DNA from: Epithemia pelagica | Taxonomy: Eukaryota; Protista; Bacillariophyta | Length of the DNA: 64,000 bases | Assembly (NCBI GenBank): GCA_946965045.2 | Contig: OX337238.1 | Location: 2,170,001 to 2,234,000, forward strand | Direction of reading: 5' to 3' | Notes under the pieces: model-generated | The model's input: only the letters and a program-made list of their open reading frames with translations | What the model was told of the DNA's origin: nothing | Database searches by the model: none | Shown: positions 1 through 12,181 of the stretch, in pieces | How the letters are laid out: every line of letters begins with the position of its first letter | Numbering within the stretch: position 1 is the first letter of the stretch | Program-made: the position numbers and the translations under genes

Positions 1-520
1 AATGCTCTGTAATCGATTTCTGCAAATTGAGACATCGGTGGTCAATCTTGTGGCATATATCAGAATTTCTCCGCATTGGGTGGATCGGCCGACGTTGGTG
101 CATAAAAGCGACTGAAAATCGCTTATGTACATGAACGGATCATAATATTTTCAAACGGTCGTGTGTATTTACTTAATCCAATCCAGCCTGCCGGGTTAGA
201 TACCAACGGTGATAGCAGCGATTGGAATTCAAACACTGTGTCAATGCCGAGGATACCGACACTGTCGACATTAGAAAGGAAATGACAATCATTCAAACCC
301 ATGTACCAATGTTCCATCTGACAAGTATGATGTACTTGAAACCACCTATGCTCATCTTCATACGTTCTCTAAACGACCATCGTTCAAACACAGAGTTTAT
401 GATTCAAACATGGAGCATTCCAGCGTTTGAATTTGAATGGTTGTCCATCAGAGGTCTTGTTGTCACCCTGCTCTTGTTCACGTCCTTGTCATAAATCAGA
501 CGGAGCATCCAAGATAAACG

Positions 521-2513
521 ATGGCAGGAGTCACCACCAGAAATGCAGCTCCAACGAGGCGTCGACCCTTAGCAGTCCGAAATGCAAACTATGGAAGTAA
601 TCAGAAAGAGGTTGAACGACAACGAAGAAGCATCTTGGCAGCAGTGGCAACAAGAAATAAAGAGAATCTTCCTAACAAGGACGGGACAATTACAAACAAA
701 GATGCTCTTATTGCAGCAGCCAATGGAGGTTTAGTACTCCAAGAAGATAGTTCTGATGACGAGGAAGAAGAGGAACAGATCTCGATGAACAACGATCAAG
801 CACAAGCACAAGAAGGCACAACTGTGGAAGGGAGTGGTAATCTTTTGGAGCAGGCAACAAATTCAGAAAGAGATGGAGCCGATGTGACTTCAGCAGATGA
901 TAGCAATAATGAACAGGGTGGGCTGAGAACACAACCATCATCTGGTTTTGCGCAACCAACAAACACGGCAGTTAATAACATGGAGGAGGACGACGTCGGT
1001 GTAAATATTCTCACTGGACCTGAAATGCAACGAGCATTGCAGAATATGGGCAATGGACCCAGTGAGTATGATGGAGATGATTTTGATCCTAATGAGAGAC
1101 ATTTTCCTGCTGGAGGACTTGTCAGTAAGTTGTTAGATGCACAAAATAGAGGAGGACAATTTGTCGGTGAGACGGCTCTAATGACGGGGGTGTTTGTGGG
1201 TTGAATGCATCAGGTGATACCTTTGCTAACGACGTTTCTTCCCTTTCGGATATGTCGTCATCTTCATCATCTACTTTGCTAACAACAGGGCCTGATCAGG
1301 CGATGGAAACTCTTCTACAAGACGATATTCAAAATCAGTTGGCACAGGAAACACAGACAACAACAGTACACCATAATCAATCATCTTGCCCGACAAGTAC
1401 GATTGTAACATCCACTACACACAAAGGTTCTGTCGAAAAGGACAAGAATAAGAAGCAAAAGCCGAAGAAAAAGCCTGAGGTGGTATCGGAGAAGTTCTTT
1501 GATACATTTGTTCGGAAGGTGGCATGGCGTTATGTCAAGTATTTCTCCATGTCCGAAGATACTAAGGCAGATCCGAATGGTCTTTGGGGGAAGTATGGCA
1601 AAACATATTTTACTGAGCACTATTTCAAAGGCAAAGGCATTACGGATGCAAAACAACAAGAGGAGTGGTGGATTGAACATTCACCTTATATGCTTGACAA
1701 GTTCCGAAGCAAACGATCAAATGTTCTGGCTTCCATGCGAAAAGCATTTATAAGTAAGTGTCAATCGAAGAGTGAATGTGTTGGTTCATCATGTCGTCTT
1801 CTCATAAAGAGATGTGAGATAATTTGTTGCTGAATCTAGAACATGTGGGTCTTGATCTATGGCGTGACAGTAATTTCCAGCGGAGGTATCCATGCCTTTT
1901 GAACGACTGTGAAGACTTTGGGCCAATGCCTACCCTGGAAGAATTTCTGTTATTGAGAGGAGAGAAGTGTGACAACTATGCCTATTCATATCTCTTGCAA
2001 TTGTTTGGTCCATGTGTCTATGGTGAGAATATGCATAAAACCGTGATTGATTTCAATTTTGGTGACCACACTGAGCAGCAGGGAAAGGAACATTGCGAAA
2101 AGGCCTTGAAGTTATTCACTTCAAGTGACGAGGCATTCATATTGACCATCCTTGTGGATTGCTGGGATGTGTGGACTCACATGGGCAAGACCACTTTCAA
2201 GGCGAAACTATTTGAATTAAATCCAAGGTGGTACAATGAAAATGGTGTTGATCAAATGATTGATACATCCTCAGCAAGGTATCCTCGCTTCAAATATTCA
2301 GGCAGTTGGAACTCAAGTCGATGTATGAATGAGGATGGTATGGACTATTTTGAGGATATGGAAGAGAAAATCGCTCGTGAAGACAGAGCAGGCGACCGCG
2401 GTATCTGGTTCATGATGTTTCTCAATGGGCAATATCGCTCTCGAATGGGGTATGCAGATGATGATGCTGTGACAAGGCCTTCTAAAAGGCCACGAAAACG
2501 GTCGTGGCAGTGA
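521..2513 (+). pseudogene. Unclassified, probably TE-associated protein gene (frameshift near 1170-1204, intron 1754-1839)
   Basis: ORFs 521-1204 and 1201-1833 overlap out of frame. A GTAAGT donor at 1754 and a TCTAG acceptor ending at 1839 join ORF 1201 in frame to ORF 1824 (AFI-K-HVGLDLW). The N-terminus is acidic and low-complexity. The C-terminal part has a 'TSSDEAFILTILVDCWDVW...KYSGS...EDGMDYF' pattern that I associate with repeat-derived diatom proteins; the function is not recognised. Confidence 0.5.
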
Positions 2514-2714
2514 TTGATCAGAGTGACAATTGGTTTCATTTCATATACTACTCCTATATAGCTACATGTATTGTGTTCCATTCATTCGCTGGTTGTTAGT
2601 GGGAGTGTGTGCATGGTGTTAGTTAAATGCACTGTGTTCAACTTGCTTGCACTTGATGCTGGAGTAATGCGCATGATGGTGATGTGACACAATCAAGGAT
2701 GAGTGCATACATAG

Positions 2715-2940
2715 GAGGGTATGTGATGACTGTTGGTTCTTGACTGTGCATGAAGGTGGAGGGATGTGATGACTATTGGTTCTTGACTGTGCATGGTGTT
2801 GAAGTTGGTGAAATGTGGGTCATGCGCTTGCTGGTTCTGGAAAGCACATTTTTAGTAATAACGTGAGGAAGGGCCATGCGCATGTTCTTGTAGGTGTGCG
2901 CATGTTCTTGTAGGTGTGCGCATGTTCTTGTAGGTGTGCG
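2715..2940. repeat. Short tandem/direct repeats
   Basis: Two near-identical copies of GAGGG(T)ATGTGATGACT(G/A)TTGGTTCTTGACTGTGCATG at ~2715 and ~2759, and three copies of CATGTTCTTGTAGGTGTGCG at 2881-2940. Confidence 0.85.
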
Positions 2941-3048
2941 CGTGTCCTGCGCGCGGATGATTCTAGTAGGATGCGCTTAGGGGTGCTTTCTTATCGATAA
3001 TTAAACCGCCATAAACTGGCGTACCGTTCCTTCCTTAGATGCTACCCA

Positions 3049-4194
3049 TTGGGAGGACCCCATTTCCGTGAAGACAATAAGCAAGTATTTAGGCTCCTTA
3101 GTGACTTGGTCAAGGAACAGCCTGCTACATGGATTCAGCCGTATATGGCTTCGCAAGATGGCCGACGGGCTTGGACGGCACTGGTTGATCACTTTGATGG
3201 AGGAGGGCAGAAGGAAAAACGTATCTCCAAGGCCGAGGCGATCTTGACGACGTTGTCCTACAACAACGAACGTGTCTATAGTTTTGAATCCTATGCTGCT
3301 AGACTCCTGAAGGCCTTTCGGACACTCGAGAATACGCCGAACCGTCGTACTCCCTCGAATCAGGTTAAGATCTTAATTGACAATATTAAGATTTCGTCTG
3401 CAGAATTCGCGGTCATTAAAGGACACGTCCGAGCCAACTTTCGAGCCAATCTCCATGGTGCTATCGAATATATCTCTCGGGAAGTCTCAGAACTTTTTCC
3501 CGACGTCATGGCAGGGACCGGTGGCCGCCATCGTCATCGGTTTGTTTCGGAAACCACCTCATCGTCACGCCCTCGACAATTCAACGGCCTTACACATAAT
3601 GGTAATGGCGTGTATCATTTTTATGGTGTGGATGTCACTGACGTCCAGCGACGTTTCACGTCGCAGGAAATGCACACTCTTGGTCCGGCCGGCCAAGCAT
3701 ACATTCACTCCGAAAGGGCTCGGATTCGTGGCCAGGACCATCATGGAGGTCGTGGCAATTTCGGTGGTCGGGGACGTGGTCATGGCAGCCATGGCGGCGG
3801 TCGTGGTCGCGGCGGACAAGGTCGTGGTGGTTACGGCGGCGGACGAGGGATTTCCGAAGTTGACACCAGCGGTGATACTGTCATTACTGACATCACCAAT
3901 GACCAGACCAGGGCATCACAAGGGGGACAGTCAGAGCAAAATGGCGAACGGGGAAGCCATAATGGGCGTAGATTCGGGGCAGGGGCTTATGGGCAACAAA
4001 AGGAAACCAGGGACAAGGGGAGAGCCAGAGCCAAGGGCAAAGCAGAAACGTCAGCACCATCACGTGTGGGCCGCAGAGGCGAATTGGGAAAATGGAGAAG
4101 GGTTGGTTGTTGGAAAAGGGAAACGGGAGCACACTCGGAAGGAATGAAATGGATACCATGGCGGATACCTGCTGTGCAGGGACACCAGCGGTGA
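3049..4194 (+). CDS. Copia gag, C-terminal part
   Basis: 'GPHFREDNKQVFRLL...WIQ...DGRRAWTALVDHFDG' is typical of diatom copia gag. An RGG-rich tail follows. The frame is lost inside the tandem repeat. Confidence 0.75.
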   Translation: MGGPHFREDNKQVFRLLSDLVKEQPATWIQPYMASQDGRRAWTALVDHFDGGGQKEKRISKAEAILTTLSYNNERVYSFESYAARLLKAFRTLENTPNRRTPSNQVKILIDNIKISSAEFAVIKGHVRANFRANLHGAIEYISREVSELFPDVMAGTGGRHRHRFVSETTSSSRPRQFNGLTHNGNGVYHFYGVDVTDVQRRFTSQEMHTLGPAGQAYIHSERARIRGQDHHGGRGNFGGRGRGHGSHGGGRGRGGQGRGGYGGGRGISEVDTSGDTVITDITNDQTRASQGGQSEQNGERGSHNGRRFGAGAYGQQKETRDKGRARAKGKAETSAPSRVGRRGELGKWRRVGCWKRETGAHSEGMKWIPWRIPAVQGHQR

Positions 4195-5131
4195 TACTGT
4201 CATTACTGACATCACCAATGACCAGACCAGGGCATCACAAGGGGGACAGTCAGAACAAAATGGCGAACGGGGAAGCCATAATGGGCGTAGATTTGGGGCA
4301 GGGGCTTATGGGCAACAAGGAAACCAGGGACAAGGGGAGAGCCAGAGCCAAGGGCAAAGCAGAAACGTCAGCACCATCACGTGTGGGCCGCAGAGGCGAA
4401 TTGGGAAAATGGAGAAGGGTTGGTTGTTGGAAAAGGGAAACGGGAGCACACTCGGAAGGAATGAAATGGATACCATGGCGAATACCTGCTGTGCAGGGAC
4501 ACCAGCGGTGATACTGTCATTACTGACATCACCAATGACCAGACCAGGGCATCACAAGGGGGACAGTCAGAACAAAATGGCGAACGGGGAAGCCATAATG
4601 GGCGTAGATTTGGGGCAGGGGCTTATGGGCAACAAGGAAACCAGGGACAAGGGGAGAGCCAGAGCCAAGGGCAAAGCAGAAACGTCAGCACCATCACGTG
4701 TGGGCCGCAGAGGCGAATTGGGAAAATGGAGAAGGGTTGGTTGTTGGAAAAGGGAAACGGGAGCACACTCGGAAGGAATGAAATGGATACCATGGCGAAT
4801 ACCTGCTGTGCAGGGACACCAGCGGTGATACTGTCATTACTGACATCACCAATGACCAGACCAGGGCATCACAAGGGGGACAGTCAGAACAAAATGGCGA
4901 ACGGGGAAGCCATAATGGGCGTAGATTTGGGGCAGGGGCTTATGGGCAACAAGGAAACCAGGGACAAGGGGAGAGCCAGAGCCAAGGGCAAAGCAGAAAC
5001 GTCAGCACCATCACGTGTGGGCCGCAGAGGCGAATTGGGAAAATGGAGAAGGGTTGGTTGTTGGAAAAGGGAAACGGGAGCACACTCGGAAGGAATGAAA
5101 TGGATACCATGGCGAATACCTGCTGTGCAGG
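3862..5131 (+). repeat. Four tandem copies of a 317-bp unit (first copy 319 bp) spanning the gag-protease junction
   Basis: GACACCAGCGGTGATACTG begins at 3862, 4181, 4498 and 4815. The ORF track shows the same peptide repeating every 317 nt. Confidence 0.97.
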
Positions 5132-8100
5132 CATGAACTGGACTTTAATTGAGACCACTGGAATGGAGTGTTCGGTGAGCGACTTTGCTGGGAATGAAGT
5201 GAATGGTGGGCAGGTACCCGTGGCCACTTGTGCGACGTTGGTTCGAGAGCCGAAAAGTGGGGTGGAGTTCGTGTTGATCGGGCATCAGATGTTATGGTTC
5301 GGACAGAAGTTAGTTAAGACTTTGTTAAATCAGAACCAAATTCGCTTTGCGGGACACACGGTAAAGGACGACCCGACTCGCGCAACGACGGATGGGTTCG
5401 GGATTTGGGCTGACGGGTTGCACATACCTTTCGCAATCCAAGGCACGACAGTTTTCTTTGAGTCCCGTGCACCCACATTCAAGGAAATCGAAGAACTGCC
5501 GTGCGTTGTTATCACACGACAGGAACTGTGGGACCCAAGAAAGGTCGACCTTACGACACATGATGCGAGCCCGCATATCGAAGCGTTTGGGGAAACAGAA
5601 GCTGGAATCGGTCATGTCTCAGCATTGCTCACACCTACAGGGATCAGTCGGGAATTGGCTGCACGCCCGAGCGTCAAGCAAGTGGAAACGTCGCGCCACT
5701 CGCAAGTCACGCCAGAAGCACTCAGTCGCAAATGGAAGGTCGGGTTGGAAACTGCGCGAAACACCCTCCGAGTTACCACCCAACAGGGGATCCGGACGGC
5801 GGTTTCGCCGATCACACGCAGGTATCGGGTAGACAACTTAGCTCTACATCGCCATCGCTTGGATGCAAGGATCCACACGGACACATTGTTCTCGAAGACC
5901 CTTTCACTCTCCGGGAACAAATGTGCCCAGGTCTTTACGGACGGGCAGTATACCGCCGTTTACCCTTTGTCGACGAAGTCCCACGCAGGTCAAGCGCTTG
6001 CACAATTTATCGATGAAGTTGGGATTCCGGATCGACTTACGGCTGATCTAGCTGGAGAACAAACTGGCATGTCTACCTTATTTTCTAAATTGGTCCGTCA
6101 CCACCGCATCGACATGAAATGGTGCGAAAAGGGAACTGGGAAACAGAACCACAAGGCAGAACGTGAAATCGGACTCCTCAAGCAGCGGTGGCGGCGTCGC
6201 ATGGCTGATTTGCAGGTCCCAAAACGACTTTGGGACTATGGTTTGGTTTATGAAGCAGGTATCCTCAGCCGCGTCGCCCGGGGACAAGATGGCAGAACAG
6301 GGTTGGAACGACTAGCTGGTAATACCCCAGACATTTCGGAATGGCTGGATTTTGCTTTCTTTGACGTAGTCTGGTACCATGACAACTCGAAAGGAGACAC
6401 CACCGACGAGCAACCGCACCTTGGGCATTGGTTGGGGATAGCACACCGCATCGGTAGCGATTTGTGCTATTGGGTACTCACGAAAGCAGGCAAGGTTATC
6501 GCTCGCACTACTGTGCAGCATGTGACCCAGCAGGACATGGACGACTCAGGAATAAGGGAACGAATCCGACAATTCAAGTTGATTGTTGGGGAACGGTTGA
6601 ATGACCAGAACTTTACCGACCACGGAGCGTCTGGGCCCGGATACCTAGAAGATGATACAGATTTGGACTCGGAAGAAGAAAGACGGGGACGGACGGTAGG
6701 CGTGATACCGACCGATGAGGAATACGGAGCAATGATCCAAGAGGAAACAAAGGAAGCAGACAAATACGGTGATGGGTACGACGAATACGTGGGTGCCGAG
6801 ATAAGGATGGATATAGGGGGTGAGGAGTTGGTCGGAACGGTGATAAAAAGGCAAAAGGGGTTAGATGGAAAACCAATTGGGAGGCGGCACAATAATCCTC
6901 TCTTTGACACCAGGACTTACTCGGTGAAGTTCCCAGGTGGGGTGTTGCATATGTACACGGCAAATGTCGTGGCAGAGAACTTGCACGCACAGTTGGACAG
7001 TGAGGGTAGACGACATCTCATGATGAGAGAGATTATCGGGCACAGGAGAAACGGGGACGCCGTGGAACGCAAGGATGGGTTCGTGCTCTCTTCGAACGGA
7101 AACAAACACCCGAAAAGGACGACCAAAGGGTGGGAGATCGCAGTTGAATGGAAGAACGGGGACCAGCAGTGGGTCCCATTGAAAGATGTGAAAGAGGGAT
7201 ACGCAATCGAATTGGCGGAATATGCGGTCGCCTAAGGGATCGAACAAGAGCCAGCGTTCCACTGGTGGGTACCGCAGGTACTGAATCATCTGCGACGGAT
7301 AGTTAAGAAGGTAAAGAAAAAGTATTGGCGGACGACGAAGAAGTACGGGATTCAACTACCTCATTCCGTGGAAGAGGCACTCAAGATAGACAAGGTTACT
7401 GGAACTACCTATTGGCGGGACGCTATAGATAAGGAACTGCGGGTAGTGAAGGTAGCTTGGGAAGCCAGGGACGACCTCGATCTAGGAGAAGTGAGAGCAG
7501 GGCGACAGCTGATTGGCCACACAGAAATATCTTGCCACATGGTTTTCGACGTGAAGATGGACCTGACTCGGAAGGCAAGACTCGTCGCAGGAGGGCATAT
7601 GACTGACGCGCCGAATAGCTTAACGTATTCGAGCGTGGTGAGCCGCGATTCGATCCGGGTGGCATTTCTGGTCGCCGCATTGAACGGACTACGCATATTG
7701 GCATGTGATATTGGAAACGCGTACTTGAACGCGCCATGCAGGGAAAAGATATGGTTTCTGGGCGGACCAGAGGTAGGGAAGGAGTTCCAGGGTCGAATAT
7801 GCTTGATGGTGAGGGCACTCTACGGCCTGAATTCCTCCGGAGCGAGTTGGCGGGCCACCATGATGGCGTTGCTTTACGAGATGGGCTTCAAGGATACACT
7901 GGCTGACCCTTGCGTACTACGGCGGAAGTCGAAAAGGAAGAACGGAGAGGAATACTACGAGCTTATTTTGGTATATGTGGATGATTTACTATTGGTTAGT
8001 GATGATCCGGAGCCTGTGTTGAATGAGATCGACAAGAAGTATAAAATCAAGGCAGGTAGTTTGGGTGAGCCTGACATATATCTTGGCGCGCAGATATATC

Positions 8101-9137
8101 GGCATAACCTACCCGATGGTTCGTGGGCCTGGGGAATGAATAGTGAGAAATACGTTGGCAATGCAATTAAGATCGTCGAAGGGATGCTAAAGGACGACGC
8201 ATCAGGGAAACACCTCAAGACGACGGCGAAGGTGCCTGTACCGACAACATATAAACCAGAACTTGATGTGAGTCAAGAGTTAGACAAGGAATTGACAGCA
8301 CGGTATCAACAACTGATTGGGATTCTGCGCTGGGCCGTCGAGCTCGGACGAGTGGATATCTACCTGGAGGTGTCACTCTTGTCGCAATATTTGGCAAACC
8401 CGAGACAGGGACATCTCGAAGCTGCATACCACATATTCGCTTATCTGAAGACACACCCAAAGATGAAACTGGTGTTCGATCCGAAAGATGTTGATTTGGA
8501 TGAATCGTGCTTCGCACAAGTGCAGATGAGCGAGTGGAGAGAGTTCTATGGAGATGTGGCCGAAGAGCTCCCTATTAACATGCCGGTGCCGCTTGGGAAG
8601 CCGATCCAGGTAACATGCTTCGTCGACGCAGATCACGCCGGTAATTTGGTGACAAGACGGTCACACAGCGGAATCCTGATCATGCTGCAAAATGCGCCCA
8701 TCTTGTGGTACTCTAGGCGGCAAAATACGGTCGAAACATCAAGTTTTGGCAGTGAGTTCGTGGCAATGAGAATCGCGAAAGAAATGATCGTGGCGATCCG
8801 ATACAAGTTGCGAATGTTTGGCGTACCTGTTGTTGCACCTGCTAATCTGTTATGCGATAACCGCGGTGTGGTCAAGAACACAAGCTTGCCATCCTCTGTA
8901 TTGTCGAAACGGCACAATGCCATTAACTACCATGCCGTCCGAGAAGCGGCTACGGCTGGGATTCTCCGTGTGGGAAAAGAGGATACGGAAACCAACATTG
9001 CTGACCTTTTTACCAAGATGTTGTCACGGGACCGCCGGAACGAGCTATTATCACAGTTCACTTACTCGTCTGCATTTGGTGCATCGGGTCCGCCGACACT
9101 GGCATCACGTACAATTCCCAACCCCGCAAGCTTATAA
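5043..9137 (+). pseudogene. Copia pol (PR-IN-RT-RH) with one in-frame TAA at 7233-7235
   Basis: Protease EMDTMANTC. Integrase HTDT...TADLA...HKAEREIG. RT RKARLVAGG, DIGNAYL, RALYGL, YVDD. RNase H FVDADHAG, FGSEF, CDN, ADLFTK. ORFs 5043 and 7368 share a frame, and the conserved YAVA*GIEQEPAFHWWVP reads across the stop. Confidence 0.93.
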
Positions 9138-9169
9138 GACAAGATCCTTGTTGAGTCTCTTGCGGGGAC

Positions 9170-9492
9170 TGTCCGAATGACCTTGTAGCGGGATTGGGAA
9201 TCACGGGTGTAAGGGAATGGTCATTACCTCGTACCGAATTACTACTTTTGGGGAAATCTTCGTTCGTAGTGTAAGCTTAGTCTTTTAGGAACTGGTTTGT
9301 ACGAAGAGTATAAGACACGTGTGCGTGTAGCTACTCATTTGGGTCATTGATTGGAGTGTACTCCTATACGTTTGTGGCTACCACACGGTGGATCTTGGAT
9401 CGGACCACCTAGGGCTCCCGTACGTCCGACGGACGATCCACAAGTCAAAGCTCCCCAGCGGGCGGATCACGAACCGGAAAAGATCGCTATCA
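9170..9492 (+). repeat. Putative 3' LTR of the first copia
   Basis: Starts TGTCC right after GCGGGGAC, 33 nt after the pol stop. The end at ...CGCTATCA (9492) is a guess because no partner LTR is available. Confidence 0.45.
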
Positions 9493-9699
9493 AGCGAGTC
9501 AAAAGATACTTCTTTTCTCTTTTGTTCGTTTGTTCCTATTGCTACCTTGGGATTTCCATTGAGGCATTGTCATCTTCATCATCATCAGCAGCAGCAACAA
9601 CAACCGGACTCTCGCAGAATCATGGCGTTTTCTTCCACTTGTGCGATGTTCCTCCTCTCCATGGTGTCCATGGCAGCTTCTTCCCAATAGTTGTCTTGT

Positions 9700-9900
9700 C
9701 AGTGTGCATTCCCAAGTTTAACCCTATCCCTAAAAACAAAAGTTTCCCCAAATGTCTCTCATTTCGCTATGAAGCCCTACCCCCAAGCAGGGGTGAGTTG
9801 TCTGGTCGCGCATGAATCGTGTATTTTGAACAATTCGTATACTCACCCCCATGGCGCGAGAGGACAAAATTGGCGATTTCTCGAGGGTGATACAAAACTC
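9700..9900 (+). repeat. Left imperfect TIR of the Academ-like element
   Basis: TACCCCCAAGCAGGGGTGAGT, CGTATACTCACCCCCATGGCGCG and CTCGAGGGTGATACAAAACTC all recur reverse-complemented at 17398-17510. Confidence 0.85.
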
Positions 9901-10155
9901 ATTCTACCTCAACACATACACCACGGTGCCAATTTGCTGAGGTACCTTTCTTCCACTGCCAACGTTTCAATCTCTCTGTAAACCACTTGGGATTATCTTC
10001 TATACATACAAGAAGGTGTGGGAGTTCTGGTTTTGCGACTGAAAGGTTCCTTCACGTTGCCCAGTTCACCAATCCACCCCATGCTTTCGTTCTTCACACA
10101 AGGCGACTCTGACCCATACAAAACAAGCCTTTCCCAACCTCCTCCATAGAATCAA

Positions 10156-12152
10156 ATGCCTTCCAACACCCCAATTCTTCCTCCCGATGATGACGACGAC
10201 ATCACTTCCCCAGACGATGCAATCAAGCAAGCTTTCATCGACTGGCATGGCAAGACAGCCCGTCCATGGCAAGTTACTGCATGTGCAGAACTCCTTCGAC
10301 GCCATGTTGAACACCCTCCCGACCGTATGCTCCGCCCTCTTCTTCTTATCCGGTCCACTGGTGGTGGGAAATCTGCTGTTCGGGACATCACGGGGATTCT
10401 ATGTGGTGGTATCATGTTAAAAATTGTTCCTTTGCTAAGTTTGGCCGCAGACCAAACCTCTAAGCTTCTTCAACTATCCATCGATCAGACTTTGTTCCAC
10501 CGGTTTAAAGTCTTCAACCTTGACGTTATACGCTCCGCATCCTTAAACAACGAGTTACGGAACCACCTCGAGCAACTGAAAAGCGACGCCGATTGCAAAA
10601 CCATTGTGTCTTTGTTCTCTTCACCACAAAAGATAACAAAAGACCCCCATTGGCAACAAACCATCGCATCATGCTGTATGAATGGTACCCTACGGTTGCT
10701 TGCAGTAGACGAATGTCACCTCTATGCCGCCCATGGCATGGAGTTCAGAGAGGAGTTCGGAGAGCTTCGTAAATTTTTGTTTCGCTGGTCGAAAAACGAA
10801 TTCAATATCCCATCCCAGTTCTTTTCATGACAGCAACGGCCTCCAAGTCTATGGTACAAGATTTGGAGCAACTCACAGGTTTACCTGTCCATCCTACGAA
10901 TGACATGATGTGGCCCCAATATCATTCTGGAGTGCAGCGCCGGAATGTTTTCCTCGATATCTCCTTCAATGCATCACCTCATCGACGAGTCAAATCAGAA
11001 TTGCTTAAGCTTTGCCGGACCCCGGGTGGCAGGAAGTTAATTGTATACTCCAATTCACGCAAAGGCATTGTCCATTTATATAACAAGAGCCGGAATGTGT
11101 TGAACCTCGCGGGTATACAGAAAGATCTGCTCTTGGTACATGGTAACATGTACCGAGAGCAGAAATTTCATCACACTGATATGTTCATTGGCAAACCTTT
11201 GTTGGACGAATGTCCCACTACTAGGCTTCCCTTGTGATTTGATCCGGTGGCCCTCTTCGCTACTGCTGGGGCTACGAGTTCTGGTTTGGACTGTCAAGAG
11301 GTCGACAAAGTCATATTTCAAGGCTTTCTGGCTACGATAGAAGATCTCCTCCAATGTTCAGGAAGGTGTGGTCGGAGTGCAGAAGCGCATCCAGGGAACT
11401 CGTCATTCACCATGGTCATCTCGCTCAACAGTCTTGTAGCGTTGATGACTCGCATATTCATCATTCCTAAATACGAAGCTGCTAAAGCCACGAAAGAAGC
11501 TACAACCAACCCCACAGATGCTTCTACATCAGTTTCCTCAGCCCCTACTACGAACATATTGTCAATGGAAGAACTGGCTAAGCGTCAATGGGAGAAATTA
11601 AAGGAAGTCCTGTACCTTGTCTGCATCAATAATGGCCAATGTATCCACTATCAATTGGAACGACTCATGTTGCATCCATATGTGGATCCTGTAAATGACA
11701 TGGATGAATGTTGTGACGGTGCTTGTTGGCGTTGTTCCGTGGCACCTGTTTCGACCCCCCTTGATTGTCCCATCAACAAAGATCGCTTAAAGGAGTATCT
11801 CGTTGCAATCTTTATCACTGCAAAGCTCCCTGCGTCGCAATTGTCTTTACACCGTGACTGTTTTTTAAATGAACTCCTGAATTACGAGACACCTGGCCTT
11901 AAGGGAAAACCGATCAAAAACTTTCACAAAGCTGTATTTGGGGTGAAGACGGTGCAGACAGCCCGTCCAAGGACGAAAGCCCTAATTCTAAAATGCTTTG
12001 CAGCCGAGATACTGGAGCCCGAGGTTGATGGGTACCATTTACGTGCAAAGCTGGGCTATTCTAATAATGGCAACCCGAGGTTGAACGATGACAGCGCTTG
12101 GGTAGGCTTTTTGTTCATTGAAAAAGACAAATCAGACGATAGTGAATCTTAA
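10156..12152 (+). pseudogene. RecQ-like superfamily 2 helicase, disrupted
   Basis: Motif I STGGGKS, Ia IVPLLSLAADQ, II VDECH, III MTATAS, V ATAGATSSGLD, VI LQCSGRCGR, and a RecQ zinc-like C...CCDGACWRC. Frameshift at a duplicated ATCCC (10807-10816) and an in-frame TGA at 11235-11237. Confidence 0.9.
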
Positions 12153-12181
12153 CATGAAATTACTAATGCATTACTTGTTTC

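Larger units (their letters stand above)
3049..9492 (+). mobile_element. Ty1/copia (CoDi-like) LTR retrotransposon, 5'-truncated and defective
   Basis: Domain order is gag remnant, protease, integrase, RT, RNase H. A purine-rich tract is followed by TG at 9170. No matching 5' LTR lies in the window. Confidence 0.9.

Noticed and set aside
3862-5131. 317-bp array as a CRISPR or satellite
   Set aside because: There are no unique spacers, and the unit is copia coding sequence.
9622-9690. Signal-peptide-like MAFSSTCAMFLLSMVSMAASSQ as a host gene cut by the Academ-like element
   Set aside because: It stops at TAG before the TIR, and no continuation is evident after 17632.
9170-9701. Longer 3' LTR ending at ...TTGTCA (9701)
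   Set aside because: It cannot be tested without a 5' LTR. The 9500-9690 segment looks like host 5' UTR sequence, and 9700 onward fits the Academ terminus.
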